Source of the DNA: Candidatus Eiseniibacteriota bacterium
Lineage (GTDB): Bacteria > Eisenbacteria > RBG-16-71-46
Assembly: GCA_963744995.1 (NCBI GenBank)
Contig: CAVUWA010000002.1
Coordinates: 992,001 to 1,056,000, forward strand
Direction of reading: 5' to 3'
Length of the DNA: 64,000 nt
Both the position numbers and the translations under genes were made by a program. Positions 1-9,583 of the stretch are shown here, piece by piece. Position 1 is the stretch's first letter. Each line of letters opens with the position of its first letter. Under the pieces are notes generated by a model, which did no database searches, had not been told where the DNA came from, and saw only the letters and a list, made by a program, of their open reading frames with translations.

Positions 1-186
1 GTAGCTATGTTCGGAAGTGATAAGCGCTGAAAGCCTCTAAGCGCGAAACACACCCCAAGATGAGGGATCCCGTGGCACAAGCCACCTGAAGGCTCGTCGG
101 AGATGACGACGTCGATAGGCGGGAGGTGTAAGGGCTGCAAAGCCTTCAGCCGACCCGTACTAATCAGCCGTGAGGCTTGGCCGGTT
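1..186 (+). rRNA. rrl: 23S rRNA, 3' end (partial)
   Basis: Conserved 23S 3' motifs (gataagcgctgaaagc.tctaag, gtactaat..ccgtgaggctt) immediately upstream of 5S; exact 3' end approximate. Confidence 0.95.
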
Positions 187-250
187 AATATTGATCTAGG
201 TGCTAGCAAGTGTGCACCAGCGTCTCGATATTCGGTTGTCATCTAAATAT

Positions 251-367
251 TGGGGTGGCAATGGCGGAGGGGTCACACCTCTTCCCATTCCGAACAGAGT
301 AGTTAAGCCCTCCAGCGCCGATGGTACTGCCCGGGCAACCGGGTGGGAGAGTAGGACGCCGCCCCAT
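251..367 (+). rRNA. rrf: 5S rRNA
   Basis: cccattccgaac...gttaagc...gccgatggtact...gggagagtagg motifs; terminal stem tggggtggc/gccgcccca. Confidence 0.97.
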
Positions 368-376
368 TTCGTTTCG

Positions 377-412
377 AAAAGCCCCGGCATCTCGATGCCG
401 GGGCTTTTGTTT
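377..412 (+). terminator. Intrinsic terminator of rRNA operon
   Basis: aaaagccccggcatc-tc-gatgccggggcttttgttt: perfect hairpin followed by a T tract. Confidence 0.9.
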
Positions 413-707
413 GCGCGGAATGCGGCCCGTGTGCGGCGGTTGGCGCCATGGCGCCGCCGCCGTCGCGTGGCCCTTCGCCCCGTGGCCGACGCACGGGACC
501 CCGCGCGGCCGCCGGTCGGGGCCTCCCGGGTCCCGCCCTGGGCCGACCCGCGGGCGCGGCGCGGCCGGACGCCCCGGTTCAGTGCCCGGCACCGGACCGT
601 ACCGAGCGGTGCACCCGCTCGGCGGCGGGGGCATTCGGCCCGCCGAGCTCGTTCGGACAACTTGTTGTAGCGTAACGATGTGGCGGATCGGCCCCGGCTG
701 GCGCCAC

Positions 708-725
708 GCGGCACAGGTGCTGCAA
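708..725 (+). promoter_or_regulatory. Putative sigma54 (-24/-12) promoter
   Basis: cGGCACaggtgcTGCA: GG-N10-GC spacing, about 70 bp upstream of the ATG at 795. Confidence 0.45.
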
Positions 726-794
726 TGGATCGGGATCGCCTTGCCTGGCCATCGACGCCCGGGCTCTTGCAGCCGGTTCAGGAGGTCCAAAGCC

Positions 795-1598
795 ATGCGT
801 TACCTGTCGCGATTCCTCTTCGTTTTTGCGGCCCTCGGGGTCGTCGCCGTTCCGGCGGCCCGGGCCCAGGACAGCCCCACGAGGGGCTTCGTCCAGAACA
901 ACCTCGACCGGACCGATCTGCGCATCGAGCAGGCCGAGGCCATCGTCGCCGGGACCGACAACGACCAGGCGATGCAGCATCTGCAGGCCGCGGTCGACAT
1001 GCAGGGCCGCGCCAAGACGGCATTCGGATCGGCGGAGTACGCGATTGCCCTGCGGCTGACGCTCGATGCCCGCGGTCACGCGGACCGGGCGATCGCCATC
1101 ATCAAGAACCTGCCCGATCCGGATCGCGTGAAAGCCCAGCTCGAACGCACGCGCGAGTTGCTCGAGCGGGCGAAGGAGCGCATCGAAGAGTGCAACAACG
1201 ATCGCGCCCGCGCGATGATGCGCGCCGCGTTCGGGATGCAGGTGCGCGCCGAGGAGGCGGCCGTGAACGGTCGCTACCTGGTTGCCCTGCAGCTGACCGT
1301 GAATGCCCGGGAGCGCGCCCGCAACGCGCTGCGCCTCTGCCACCTCGAGGAGAACCTGCAGGACGCGGCGGAGCGCGCGATCGCCCGCACCGACAACATT
1401 CTGGATCGCGCGCACGACGCGCTCGAGAACTGCTCGAACCAGGAGAGCGCGAACTCGCTGGCGCGTGCGACGGATCTGCAGAGCAAGGCGAAGACCGAAT
1501 TCGCCTCCGAGAACTACCGCGCCGCCCTCAACCTGACCCTCGCCGCGAGGCGCGGGGCCTATCGGGCCGTGCGGCTCTGCGGCGGCTCAAGCCACTGA
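795..1598 (+). CDS. Exported helical-repeat protein (3 repeats of about 75 aa)
   Basis: GGAGG RBS at 781; signal peptide ending ARA-Q; three repeats 'RT..LE.A.....N..A...L..A..MQ..A.....Y..AL.LT..AR..A..A..L'. Confidence 0.8.
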   Translation: MRYLSRFLFVFAALGVVAVPAARAQDSPTRGFVQNNLDRTDLRIEQAEAIVAGTDNDQAMQHLQAAVDMQGRAKTAFGSAEYAIALRLTLDARGHADRAIAIIKNLPDPDRVKAQLERTRELLERAKERIEECNNDRARAMMRAAFGMQVRAEEAAVNGRYLVALQLTVNARERARNALRLCHLEENLQDAAERAIARTDNILDRAHDALENCSNQESANSLARATDLQSKAKTEFASENYRAALNLTLAARRGAYRAVRLCGGSSH

Positions 1599-1662
1599 CG
1601 CAGGCGGGACGCTCCGGCCCCGGCCGGGGCGTCCGCCGCGTTCGGCCGCCCCGTCCCCTGCC

Positions 1663-3006
1663 ATGATCCCGTCCACCGGAGAATTCCGGCACGTCCGGAG
1701 CACCGTCTCCGCCGTCGCGTTCGGCGTCCTGCTCTTTGCCGGCTTCGGCCCCGCCCGGCCGGCGCAGGCGGCGGGCACCGATACGCTGGGCGTGCGTTTC
1801 GAGGTCGGTGCGACGAGCGATCTCACCAACGAGCTCTTCTACGAGGACGCATTCATCGACACCACGTTCCTCGGCCGGCAGCAGATCAGCAGTCCGGAAA
1901 ATCGCGTCGCCGGCGTTCTGCTCGCGGCCCTGGATGGCACGCGCAGGGACGGCGCGTCGCGCTTCTCGATGCAGAACGAGCTGCGGCTGGGTGACAAGCT
2001 GCAGCAGAACGCCCTGCAGCTCACCTGGAACGACGATCTCACCCCCGACTGGCGCCTGTCGCTGAATCCCCGGATCGAATATCGCAACGATCGCACGTTC
2101 GACCGCGACCTCGAAGAGTGGCGCGCCAACGTCGCGGCGCGCGTGCGGCGGGCGTTCGACGACGGCAACACCTTCGCCGATGTGCGTGCCCGCGGCGAGT
2201 ACCTGCGCACGCGCGGGACCGGTGCCGACTTCATTCCCGACCGGAACGCGCTCGGGCTCGCCGCCGGCCTGGATCACACGCCGCTGTTCGGAAGCGAGTG
2301 GCGCCTCGACTACCGAATCGACGCGCGACAATTCCCCGATTCGAGCGTGCGCGATCACTTCGAGCATGGCTTCGACGGCCATTTCAGATTGGGCGGGTTG
2401 TCGGGCCCCTGGATCACCCTCGATGCCACCGCGGGGCGCCGGGTGACGATGCGCGAGGCGCCGACCAGCCGCGACAACTTCTGGCAGGAATGGTCGCAGG
2501 CCGAGCTCGGTCTGCGCCTCGCGGAGGCCTGGCAGTTCCGCACCACCGTCGAATACGAAGGTTTCCAGTACGACCTTCAGGACTCGACCGTCTACTTCGA
2601 CTACCGGATCGCGCGCGCGCGACTGGGGCCGCGCTACGACCGCTACACGGGCATCTCGGTGTCGGCCGGGCCTGCCGCGGAACTCCTGCGCAGCGCCTGG
2701 AGTTCCGCGGAGAACTACGACGAGCTGGGTGGATTCCTCGAGGTCGAGTGGTTCGGCTTCGGCGGCTGGTGGAGCATGACGCCCGAGGCGGGCTGGCGGG
2801 AATACAGCCAGACCTCGGCCGATCCCGACGGGCTCGACCTGCATTCCTCGTATGCCTACTACGAACTGGGCCTGTTCGGCGATCAGAGCCTGCCGGGCGG
2901 GCTCAGGCTCCGCACCGTCGCGTCGGCGCGCACCGAGCGCCATTCGGACGCCGCGAACGACGCCACCAGCCTTTACTTCTCGTTGGACGTGCGTAGACTC
3001 TTCTGA
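1663..3006 (+). CDS. Putative outer-membrane beta-barrel protein
   Basis: Signal peptide (AQA-A), alternating beta-strand pattern rich in Y/W/F/D/R, C-terminal LYFSLDVRRLF. Confidence 0.7.
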   Translation: MIPSTGEFRHVRSTVSAVAFGVLLFAGFGPARPAQAAGTDTLGVRFEVGATSDLTNELFYEDAFIDTTFLGRQQISSPENRVAGVLLAALDGTRRDGASRFSMQNELRLGDKLQQNALQLTWNDDLTPDWRLSLNPRIEYRNDRTFDRDLEEWRANVAARVRRAFDDGNTFADVRARGEYLRTRGTGADFIPDRNALGLAAGLDHTPLFGSEWRLDYRIDARQFPDSSVRDHFEHGFDGHFRLGGLSGPWITLDATAGRRVTMREAPTSRDNFWQEWSQAELGLRLAEAWQFRTTVEYEGFQYDLQDSTVYFDYRIARARLGPRYDRYTGISVSAGPAAELLRSAWSSAENYDELGGFLEVEWFGFGGWWSMTPEAGWREYSQTSADPDGLDLHSSYAYYELGLFGDQSLPGGLRLRTVASARTERHSDAANDATSLYFSLDVRRLF

Positions 3007-3101
3007 CGCGTGCGCGGCCCGCCGTCCCCGCGGGGGACGGAAGGCGGGCACCGTGCCGTCGGCGGCACGCGGACGCTCATGAATCCATCGGAGGGATTCC
3101 C

Positions 3102-4838
3102 ATGTCCGCCAGGCGCGGCGTTCTGATACTGCTCGTTCTGTTCCTCGTCAGCGCGGGTGCGCTGTACTACGCGTTCTCGACGCTGGGCCGGCCGGTGACG
3201 CCTCACCACGCGCGCACGATGCTGGTCTGGGACGTCCCCTACGATCTCCCGGAGGCCGATCCCCCCTCACGCGCTCTTTCGTTCGCGTTCGCCGGCCTGC
3301 GCGCCGATCGGCCGACGGTGTTCGAGATCACCGGGGCCATCCGCCGTGCCGCGCACGACGATCACGTGCGCTCGATGGTCCTGCACGTCCAGACCCTGGG
3401 CTGGGGGTGGGCGAAGATTCAGGAAGTACGCGACGCTCTGCTCGATTTCCGTGCTTCGGGCAAACCGTTGTTCGCGACGATCGCCTTCGGCGGCGAGCGC
3501 GAGTACCTGCTGGCGAGTGCGGCGCGGACCATCGCCATGCAACCGGCCGATCCGCTGCAGCTCGATGGGCTCGCGGCGGGGGCCATGTTCTTCCGCGGCG
3601 CGCTCGACAAGCTCGGCGTGTCGCCCAACTACGAGCACGTGGGCGAATACAAGTCGGCGGTCGAGCAGTACACCCGCAAGGACCTTTCCGTGCCGGCCCG
3701 CATGGCGGAGGAGGCGGTGATCGACGATCTCTATGGCGCGTTCCTCGATGCCGCTGCGGACGCCCGGGGGATGCCGCCGGAGGACATGCGGGCAGCCGTC
3801 GAAGGTGGACCCTACCTGCCCTTCGACGCGTTGGCCGAAGGGCTCATCGACACCGTGCTCTATCAGGCGCAGCTCGACACGCTCGCGGCTGAGGACCGCC
3901 GGGGTCCGCTGCCCGACACGGACCTCGAGGACTACGCCCGGGAAGGCGGCGCAGGCCACGGTCCGAAGATCGCGCTGCTCGTCGCGAGCGGCGTGATCGC
4001 GCCGGGCAGAAGCGAGATCTCGCCCTACGACGGCGAAATCGTCGGCTCGGAGACCATGATCGACGCGATTCGTGACATCCGTGACGACGATTCGATTCAG
4101 GGACTCGTGCTGCGCATCGACAGCCCCGGGGGATCCGTGCAGGCGTCGGACGAGATCCTCAACGAGCTGCTGCGCTGCCAGCAGCAGATGCCGGTCGTCG
4201 TCACCATGTCCGATCTCGCCGCCTCCGGCGGCTACTACATCGCGATGGCCGCCGACAGCATCGTCGCGCAGCCCTCCACGCAAACCGGGTCCATCGGCAT
4301 CTACGGCGGCAAGATGAACATCAGCGGCCTGCTCGAAAAGCTGGGACTCACGGTCGATCTGTTCACGCGCGGCCCGCACGCGACCCTCATGTCACCCTAT
4401 GCCGACTGGAGCGATGCCCAGCGAAAGCTGTTCCACGACCAGCTGGAGAGCCACTACTCGACGTTCCTCGGCTACGTGTCGGACAACCGGGGCATGACGC
4501 TCGACGAGGCGGACTCGCTCGGTCGCGGCCGGGTCTGGAGCGGTGCCGCCGCCGCGCGCCTCGGCCTGGTGGATGCGAACGGAGGGTTCGTGCGCGCATT
4601 CCGCATGGTGAAGGCGCTCGCGGGGCTCGATCCCGAGGCGCAGGTCACCGTGGAGCCCTTTCCGCGCAGGAAGCACACGTTGCTCGCGCAGATGCTCAAC
4701 GAGCTGTTCCGCGAGGACGACTACTCGACGCGGCTCCCCGTGGAGTGGCCGCGCCTCGCCAGGGCCTGGATGGTGGCGGCGCGCTTTCCGGCCGGAACCC
4801 CGGTGGCCATCATGCCATGGTGCGTCGACGCGCGCTGA
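3102..4838 (+). CDS. sppA: Signal peptide peptidase SppA (long, two-domain S49 type)
   Basis: N-terminal TM; GEYKSAVE (catalytic Lys), LRIDSPGGS, AASGGYYIA (catalytic Ser), TGSIG, GRVWSG. Confidence 0.93.
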   Translation: MSARRGVLILLVLFLVSAGALYYAFSTLGRPVTPHHARTMLVWDVPYDLPEADPPSRALSFAFAGLRADRPTVFEITGAIRRAAHDDHVRSMVLHVQTLGWGWAKIQEVRDALLDFRASGKPLFATIAFGGEREYLLASAARTIAMQPADPLQLDGLAAGAMFFRGALDKLGVSPNYEHVGEYKSAVEQYTRKDLSVPARMAEEAVIDDLYGAFLDAAADARGMPPEDMRAAVEGGPYLPFDALAEGLIDTVLYQAQLDTLAAEDRRGPLPDTDLEDYAREGGAGHGPKIALLVASGVIAPGRSEISPYDGEIVGSETMIDAIRDIRDDDSIQGLVLRIDSPGGSVQASDEILNELLRCQQQMPVVVTMSDLAASGGYYIAMAADSIVAQPSTQTGSIGIYGGKMNISGLLEKLGLTVDLFTRGPHATLMSPYADWSDAQRKLFHDQLESHYSTFLGYVSDNRGMTLDEADSLGRGRVWSGAAAARLGLVDANGGFVRAFRMVKALAGLDPEAQVTVEPFPRRKHTLLAQMLNELFREDDYSTRLPVEWPRLARAWMVAARFPAGTPVAIMPWCVDAR

Positions 4839-4847
4839 GCGCGGGCG

Positions 4848-5243
4848 CTACGTCGAGTCCGGCTTCTGACTCCGACTGAACGTGCGGATGTAAGCGATCA
4901 GGTCTTCGATCTGGTCGGGCTTGAGCTGCTTCTTCCAGGAGATCATCCCGGACTTCATCTTGCCATTGGTGATGCAGTCGCGCAGGTAGGCGTCGTCGTG
5001 GGTGGAATCGTCCATCCGCTTCGCGTCGCGCCAGTCGGGGGTGGGGTTTCCCGTGAGCTTGATGCCGCCGCGGCCGTCGGCCTGATGGCAGGCCACGCAA
5101 CCCTTTGCGATGAACAGCTTCTTGCCGTCCGCGGCGACCCCTTTGTGCGCCGGGGGGTGCGGAGCGGTCGCACCCCCGAGGGCGGCGAGCGCCGCCAGCA
5201 GCAGGAGTGTCAGGGTCGATGCGGAAACCAGACGCCGAGCCAT
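4848..5243 (-). CDS. Class I monoheme cytochrome c
   Basis: Signal peptide, GKKLF..KGCVACH heme motif, distal Met (GMISW), C-terminal 'IEDLIAYI' helix. Confidence 0.88.
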   Translation of the reverse strand: MARRLVSASTLTLLLLAALAALGGATAPHPPAHKGVAADGKKLFIAKGCVACHQADGRGGIKLTGNPTPDWRDAKRMDDSTHDDAYLRDCITNGKMKSGMISWKKQLKPDQIEDLIAYIRTFSRSQKPDST

Positions 5244-5334
5244 AGGCGAGGAGTGTCCCACGCGGCCCCTTCGGCCCCAAGTCAACAAGTTTCAATATCG
5301 TGAGACGGCGTTCTGCTCGCGGAAGCCCGCTCTC

Positions 5335-5363
5335 TTGACCCGCCCCGCTGCGAATGCTAGCTT
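5335..5363 (+). promoter_or_regulatory. Putative sigma70 promoter of the EF-G2/yebC/ruv operon
   Basis: TTGACC-17 bp-TAGCTT with extended -10 TG. Confidence 0.5.
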
Positions 5364-5462
5364 CCCATGCGACTTGAGGTTACGCCCGATCGCCCGGTCG
5401 GGTCACGGCCTCGCGACTCCCGCTTCTGACCACGCCAACCCTCTCCGTGCGTGGAGGTGCTT

Positions 5463-7559
5463 GTGAAGGACTACGCCGCCAAACAGATCCGCAACGTTGC
5501 GCTCGTCGCCCACCACGGGGTGGGCAAGACCTCCCTCGCCGAAGCCATGCTGTTTCAGGCGAAGGCCTCGAACCGTCTCGGCCGCATCGCGGACGGCACC
5601 ACGATGCTCGACCAGGGCCAGAACGAGATCCTGCGTCAGATGACGATCAATCTCGGGCTCGCCCAGTTCGAGTGGGAGGGGCACAAGGTCAACCTGATCG
5701 ACACGCCGGGCTATCTGGACTTCGTGGGCGACGTGCACTGTGCGCTGCGGGTGGCCGACGCGGCGATCCTGATGATCCGCGCCAACACCGGCGCCGAAGT
5801 GGGAACGGAAGTCGTCTGGGAGATCCTGCGCGCGAAGAAAGCGCCGACGCTGCTGGTCGTGAACATGATGGACAAGGAGCACGCCAACTTTCAGAGCGCG
5901 CTCGGCTCGGTGCGCGAGCGCCTGGGACTCAACGCCGTGGCCACCCAGCTGCCGATCGGCGAGGCGGCCGAATTCAGGGGCATCGTGGACCTGATCCAGA
6001 ACAAGGCCTATCTGTTCGAGGGGGCCGCAGTCGACGCCCGCAGCAGCGAGACGCCGATCCCCGCCGACATGGAGGCCGCCGTCGCCGAGGCGCGCGCGGC
6101 GCTGATGGAAGAGGCCGCCACCGGCGACGAAGAGTTGATGGAGAAGTTCCTCGAGTCCGGCGAGCTCACCGTCGAGGAGATCCGCAAGGGGCTCTGCGAA
6201 CGGGTCGTGGCGGGCGACCTGGCCCCGGCGTTCTGCTGCTCGGCCTACGACAACCATGGCGTGCGCGAGGTGCTCGACGAAGTGGTCGACGTGCTGCCTT
6301 CGCCGCTCGACGTCGACCCCGAGCGGGGGACGCTCGAGGACGGTGGCGAGGTCGAGGTGAAGCCCGAACCGGACGAGCCGTTCGCGGGCATCGTCTTCAA
6401 GACGATCTCCGAGCAGCACCTCGGCGATCTTTCCCTGATGCGCGTCTACGCGGGGTCGGTAACACCCGGCGACGAGCTCCAGAACGTGAGCCGCCATGCC
6501 CACGAGCGCATGGGAGCGATGTACTACGTGGTCGGCAAGGATCGCTCGGAGTGCAGGAAGGCGGTCGCCGGCGACATCGTCGCGGCCGTGAAGCTGCGGG
6601 ACACGCATACGGGCGACATGCTGTCGAGCAAGCAGCGGCAGGTGAAGCTCAGAGCCATTGATTTCCCGCTGCCGGTGACGTCCGAGTGCATCCACGCGAA
6701 GAACAAGGGTGACGAGGAGAAGATGGTGCAGGGTCTGAACCGCCTGCACGAAGAAGACCCCACCTTCTCGCGTTACTACGAGGAGAGCACCCGAGAAACG
6801 CTCGTGCGCGGCATGGGCGACCTGCAGCTCGAAATCATGGTGGAGCGCCTGCGCAAACGCTACGGCGTCGAAGTCGAGCTGACGCGCCCGCACGTGCCCT
6901 ATCGCGAGACGATTCGCAGCAAGGCGGAAGACGAATACCGCCACAAGAAGCAGACCGGCGGCCGCGGCCAGTTCGCCGAGGTCCACCTGCGGGTCGAGCC
7001 CCTGCCGCGTGGCGAGGGGTTCCGCTTCGGCAACGAGGTCAAGGGCGGCGTGATTCCGACCAACTTCATTCCGGCGGTCGAGAAGGGGGTCGTTGCCGGA
7101 CTCGAGCGCGGGCCGCTCGCCGGCAGCCCGGTCGTGGACGTCGCCGCGATCGTGTTCTTCGGCAAGCATCACGACGTGGATTCGTCCGAAATGGCGTTCA
7201 AGATCGCGGCGGAGACCTGCTTCCACTCCGCCATTCTCAAGGCCCGGCCCGTGCTGCTCGAGCCCGTCGAAGAGTTGGAGGTGCGGGTGCCCGAGGACTT
7301 CCTCGGCGACGTCATGGGTGACCTGTCGTCGCGGCGGGGCAGGATTCAGGGCACCGAGGCGGAGGGCAGCTTCCAGGTCATCCGCGCCCACGTGCCGACC
7401 TCCGAGGTATACAAGTACGCCACGCATCTGCGCTCGATGACGCAGGGACGTGGCATGCACGCCTCGAAGTTCTCGCACTACGAAGAGGTGCCGCGCGAGA
7501 TCGCCGACAAGGTGATCGCCGCGGCCAAGGCTGAAAAGGAGGCCGGCGCGCACGCCTGA
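5463..7559 (+). CDS. fusA: Elongation factor G-like protein (EF-G2 type)
   Basis: AHHGVGKTS, DTPGYLDF, EEDPTF, GMGDLQLEI, KKQTGGRGQF, HDVDSSEMAF, LRSMTQGRG; GTG start chosen after GGAGG. Confidence 0.92.
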   Translation: MKDYAAKQIRNVALVAHHGVGKTSLAEAMLFQAKASNRLGRIADGTTMLDQGQNEILRQMTINLGLAQFEWEGHKVNLIDTPGYLDFVGDVHCALRVADAAILMIRANTGAEVGTEVVWEILRAKKAPTLLVVNMMDKEHANFQSALGSVRERLGLNAVATQLPIGEAAEFRGIVDLIQNKAYLFEGAAVDARSSETPIPADMEAAVAEARAALMEEAATGDEELMEKFLESGELTVEEIRKGLCERVVAGDLAPAFCCSAYDNHGVREVLDEVVDVLPSPLDVDPERGTLEDGGEVEVKPEPDEPFAGIVFKTISEQHLGDLSLMRVYAGSVTPGDELQNVSRHAHERMGAMYYVVGKDRSECRKAVAGDIVAAVKLRDTHTGDMLSSKQRQVKLRAIDFPLPVTSECIHAKNKGDEEKMVQGLNRLHEEDPTFSRYYEESTRETLVRGMGDLQLEIMVERLRKRYGVEVELTRPHVPYRETIRSKAEDEYRHKKQTGGRGQFAEVHLRVEPLPRGEGFRFGNEVKGGVIPTNFIPAVEKGVVAGLERGPLAGSPVVDVAAIVFFGKHHDVDSSEMAFKIAAETCFHSAILKARPVLLEPVEELEVRVPEDFLGDVMGDLSSRRGRIQGTEAEGSFQVIRAHVPTSEVYKYATHLRSMTQGRGMHASKFSHYEEVPREIADKVIAAAKAEKEAGAHA

Positions 7560-7575
7560 GCGCGCCGGACGACGC

Positions 7576-8328
7576 ATGTCCGGTCATTCCAAATGGGCGA
7601 CGATCAAGCGCAAGAAGGCGGCAACCGACGCTGCCCGGGGCAAGCAGTTCTCCAAGGTGATCAAGGAGATCTCGATCGCCGTGCGGCAGGGCGGCGGCCC
7701 CGATCCGGCCGCCAACCCGCGGTTGCGCACGGCGCTCCAGGCGGCCAAGGCGATCAACATGCCCGCGTCGAACATCGAGCGCGCGATCAAGCGCGCCTCG
7801 GGCGACGGTGAGGGCGTCCACATCGAGGAGACGCAGTACGAAGGCTATGGCCCGGGCGGCGTCGCGATCCTGGTGACCGTGGCCACCGACAACAAGAACC
7901 GCACCGTGGGCGAGATCCGCAACATCTTCACCAAGAACGGCGGCAGCATGAGCGAGGCCGGCAGCGTGGCCTACCTGTTCACGCCGCGCGGCCACATCCA
8001 GGTGGAGAAGACGTCGATCGAGGAGGACGACCTCCTCGAGATCGTCCTCGATACCGGCGCCGACGACGTGCAGACCGAGGGCGACGCGTTCGACGTGTTC
8101 ACGCCGCCCGAACGGTACGAGGCGGTCCGCGCCGCGCTGGAGGAGAAGGGCGTTCCCATGCAGAACGCCGAGCTCACCCGCATCGCTTCGGTGCAGGTTC
8201 CGGTCGAGGAAGACCGGGCCGCCACGCTGATCAAGCTGCTCGATGCCCTCGAAGACCACGACGACGTGCAGCGGGTCTTCTCGAACTTCACCATGTCCGA
8301 CGAGGTGATGGCCCGGCTTTCACGCTAG
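7576..8328 (+). CDS. yebC: YebC/PmpR family protein
   Basis: MSGHSKWATIKRKK, NPRLR, YEGYGPGGVA, TDNKNRT, DDVQRVFSN. Confidence 0.96.
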   Translation: MSGHSKWATIKRKKAATDAARGKQFSKVIKEISIAVRQGGGPDPAANPRLRTALQAAKAINMPASNIERAIKRASGDGEGVHIEETQYEGYGPGGVAILVTVATDNKNRTVGEIRNIFTKNGGSMSEAGSVAYLFTPRGHIQVEKTSIEEDDLLEIVLDTGADDVQTEGDAFDVFTPPERYEAVRAALEEKGVPMQNAELTRIASVQVPVEEDRAATLIKLLDALEDHDDVQRVFSNFTMSDEVMARLSR

Positions 8329-8343
8329 CCGGGGCGACCACGC

Positions 8344-8943
8344 ATGCGAGTCCTGGGACTGGACCCCGGAAGCCGAAGGACCGGCATCGGCATCGTGGAG
8401 CGGAACGGCAACCGCTTCCGCTGTCTGCATCACGGCTGTGCCACCGCCCCGGCGCGCGATCCGCTTCCGGCGCGGCTGTACGCCATCGCCCGCGCCGTCG
8501 GCGAGATCATGGACGCGCAGGCGCCCGATTGCGTCGTGGTCGAAGAGGCGTTCTACCACGAGAACGTGCGCTCGACGCTGGTGCTCGGCCACGTGCGCGG
8601 CGCGCTGCTGCTCGCGGCGATGGAGCGGGGGCTCCAGGTCGCCGAGTACACGCCGCGCGAGATCAAGATGAGCGTCACCGGTACGGGTGGGGCGACCAAG
8701 GATCAGGTGGGCTTCATGGTGCGCCGGATCCTCGGCCTGACGGGCGCGATCCAGTCCGACGCCGCGGACGCGCTCGCCGCGGCACTGTGTCATCATCACC
8801 GCGCCCGCCTGAGTGCGCCGGCGAAAGCCGCGAGCGCCGCGGCGAAGCGCCTGGCGGCGCTGCTCGAGCAGAAGTCGCCGCGCGCGCCGCTGGCCGCGCG
8901 GACCCGGGCGCGGCGGGCGCCGGCGGGAAGGAGACACGGATGA
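8344..8943 (+). CDS. ruvC: Holliday junction resolvase RuvC
   Basis: [44 protein letters not shown]; yebC-ruvCAB synteny. Confidence 0.96.
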   Translation: MRVLGLDPGSRRTGIGIVERNGNRFRCLHHGCATAPARDPLPARLYAIARAVGEIMDAQAPDCVVVEEAFYHENVRSTLVLGHVRGALLLAAMERGLQVAEYTPREIKMSVTGTGGATKDQVGFMVRRILGLTGAIQSDAADALAAALCHHHRARLSAPAKAASAAAKRLAALLEQKSPRAPLAARTRARRAPAGRRHG

Positions 8944-9563
8944 TCGCATCGGTGCGCGGAACCCTGGCGGCCCGGGAGCCGGGCGCCGTCGTCGTCGAGA
9001 CCGGCGGGATCGGCTACCGGGTGCACGTGTCGTCGCGCACCCTCGAAACGCTGCCGCAGGAGGGACGCGAGGTCCGTCTCGTGACGCGCCAGATCGTGCG
9101 CGAGGACTCGCTGACGCTCTACGGGTTCGCGGATTCCTCCGAGCTCAGGCTGTTCGACCTGCTGATCAACGTGTCGGGCGTCGGGCCGCGCGTCGCCCTC
9201 GCCGTGCTCAGCGGCCTGCGTCCCGAGGCGCTGGTGCGGGCGATCCGCGACGAGAACGTGGGCGCGCTGGTCGCCGTGCAGGGGGTGGGCCGCAAGACCG
9301 CCGAACGTCTGGTGGTGGAGCTGCGCGACAAGCTGGACACGGTGCCGGCGGCGGCGGGTGCGGCGCCGAAGGGCAAGGGCGTGCTGCCCAGATCCGAGCG
9401 CTTCGACGACGCCGTCGCGGCGCTGCTGAGTCTGGGCTACACTGCGGTGCAGGCGCGCGAGGCCGTGCAGCGCGCCTCCGACGAGGAATCCGGGCTCTCG
9501 CTCGAGGCGCTCGTGCGACGCGCGCTGGCGCTGCTCGGCAAGAGTCCGGTCGCCGCGCGCTGA
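8940..9563 (+). CDS. ruvA: Holliday junction branch migration protein RuvA
   Basis: [51 protein letters not shown] overlap with ruvC. Confidence 0.96.
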   Translation: MIASVRGTLAAREPGAVVVETGGIGYRVHVSSRTLETLPQEGREVRLVTRQIVREDSLTLYGFADSSELRLFDLLINVSGVGPRVALAVLSGLRPEALVRAIRDENVGALVAVQGVGRKTAERLVVELRDKLDTVPAAAGAAPKGKGVLPRSERFDDAVAALLSLGYTAVQAREAVQRASDEESGLSLEALVRRALALLGKSPVAAR

Positions 9564-9583
9564 CCGCCGCTCAGGGAGGAACG

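Noticed and set aside
196..796. ORFs overlapping the 5S rRNA and the long N-terminal extension of 321..1598
   Set aside because: They overlap rRNA and the terminator; the real start is the ATG at 795 with RBS and signal peptide.
8344..8943. RuvC as a TnpB/Cas-type nuclease
   Set aside because: Canonical resolvase in yebC-ruvC-ruvA-ruvB context.
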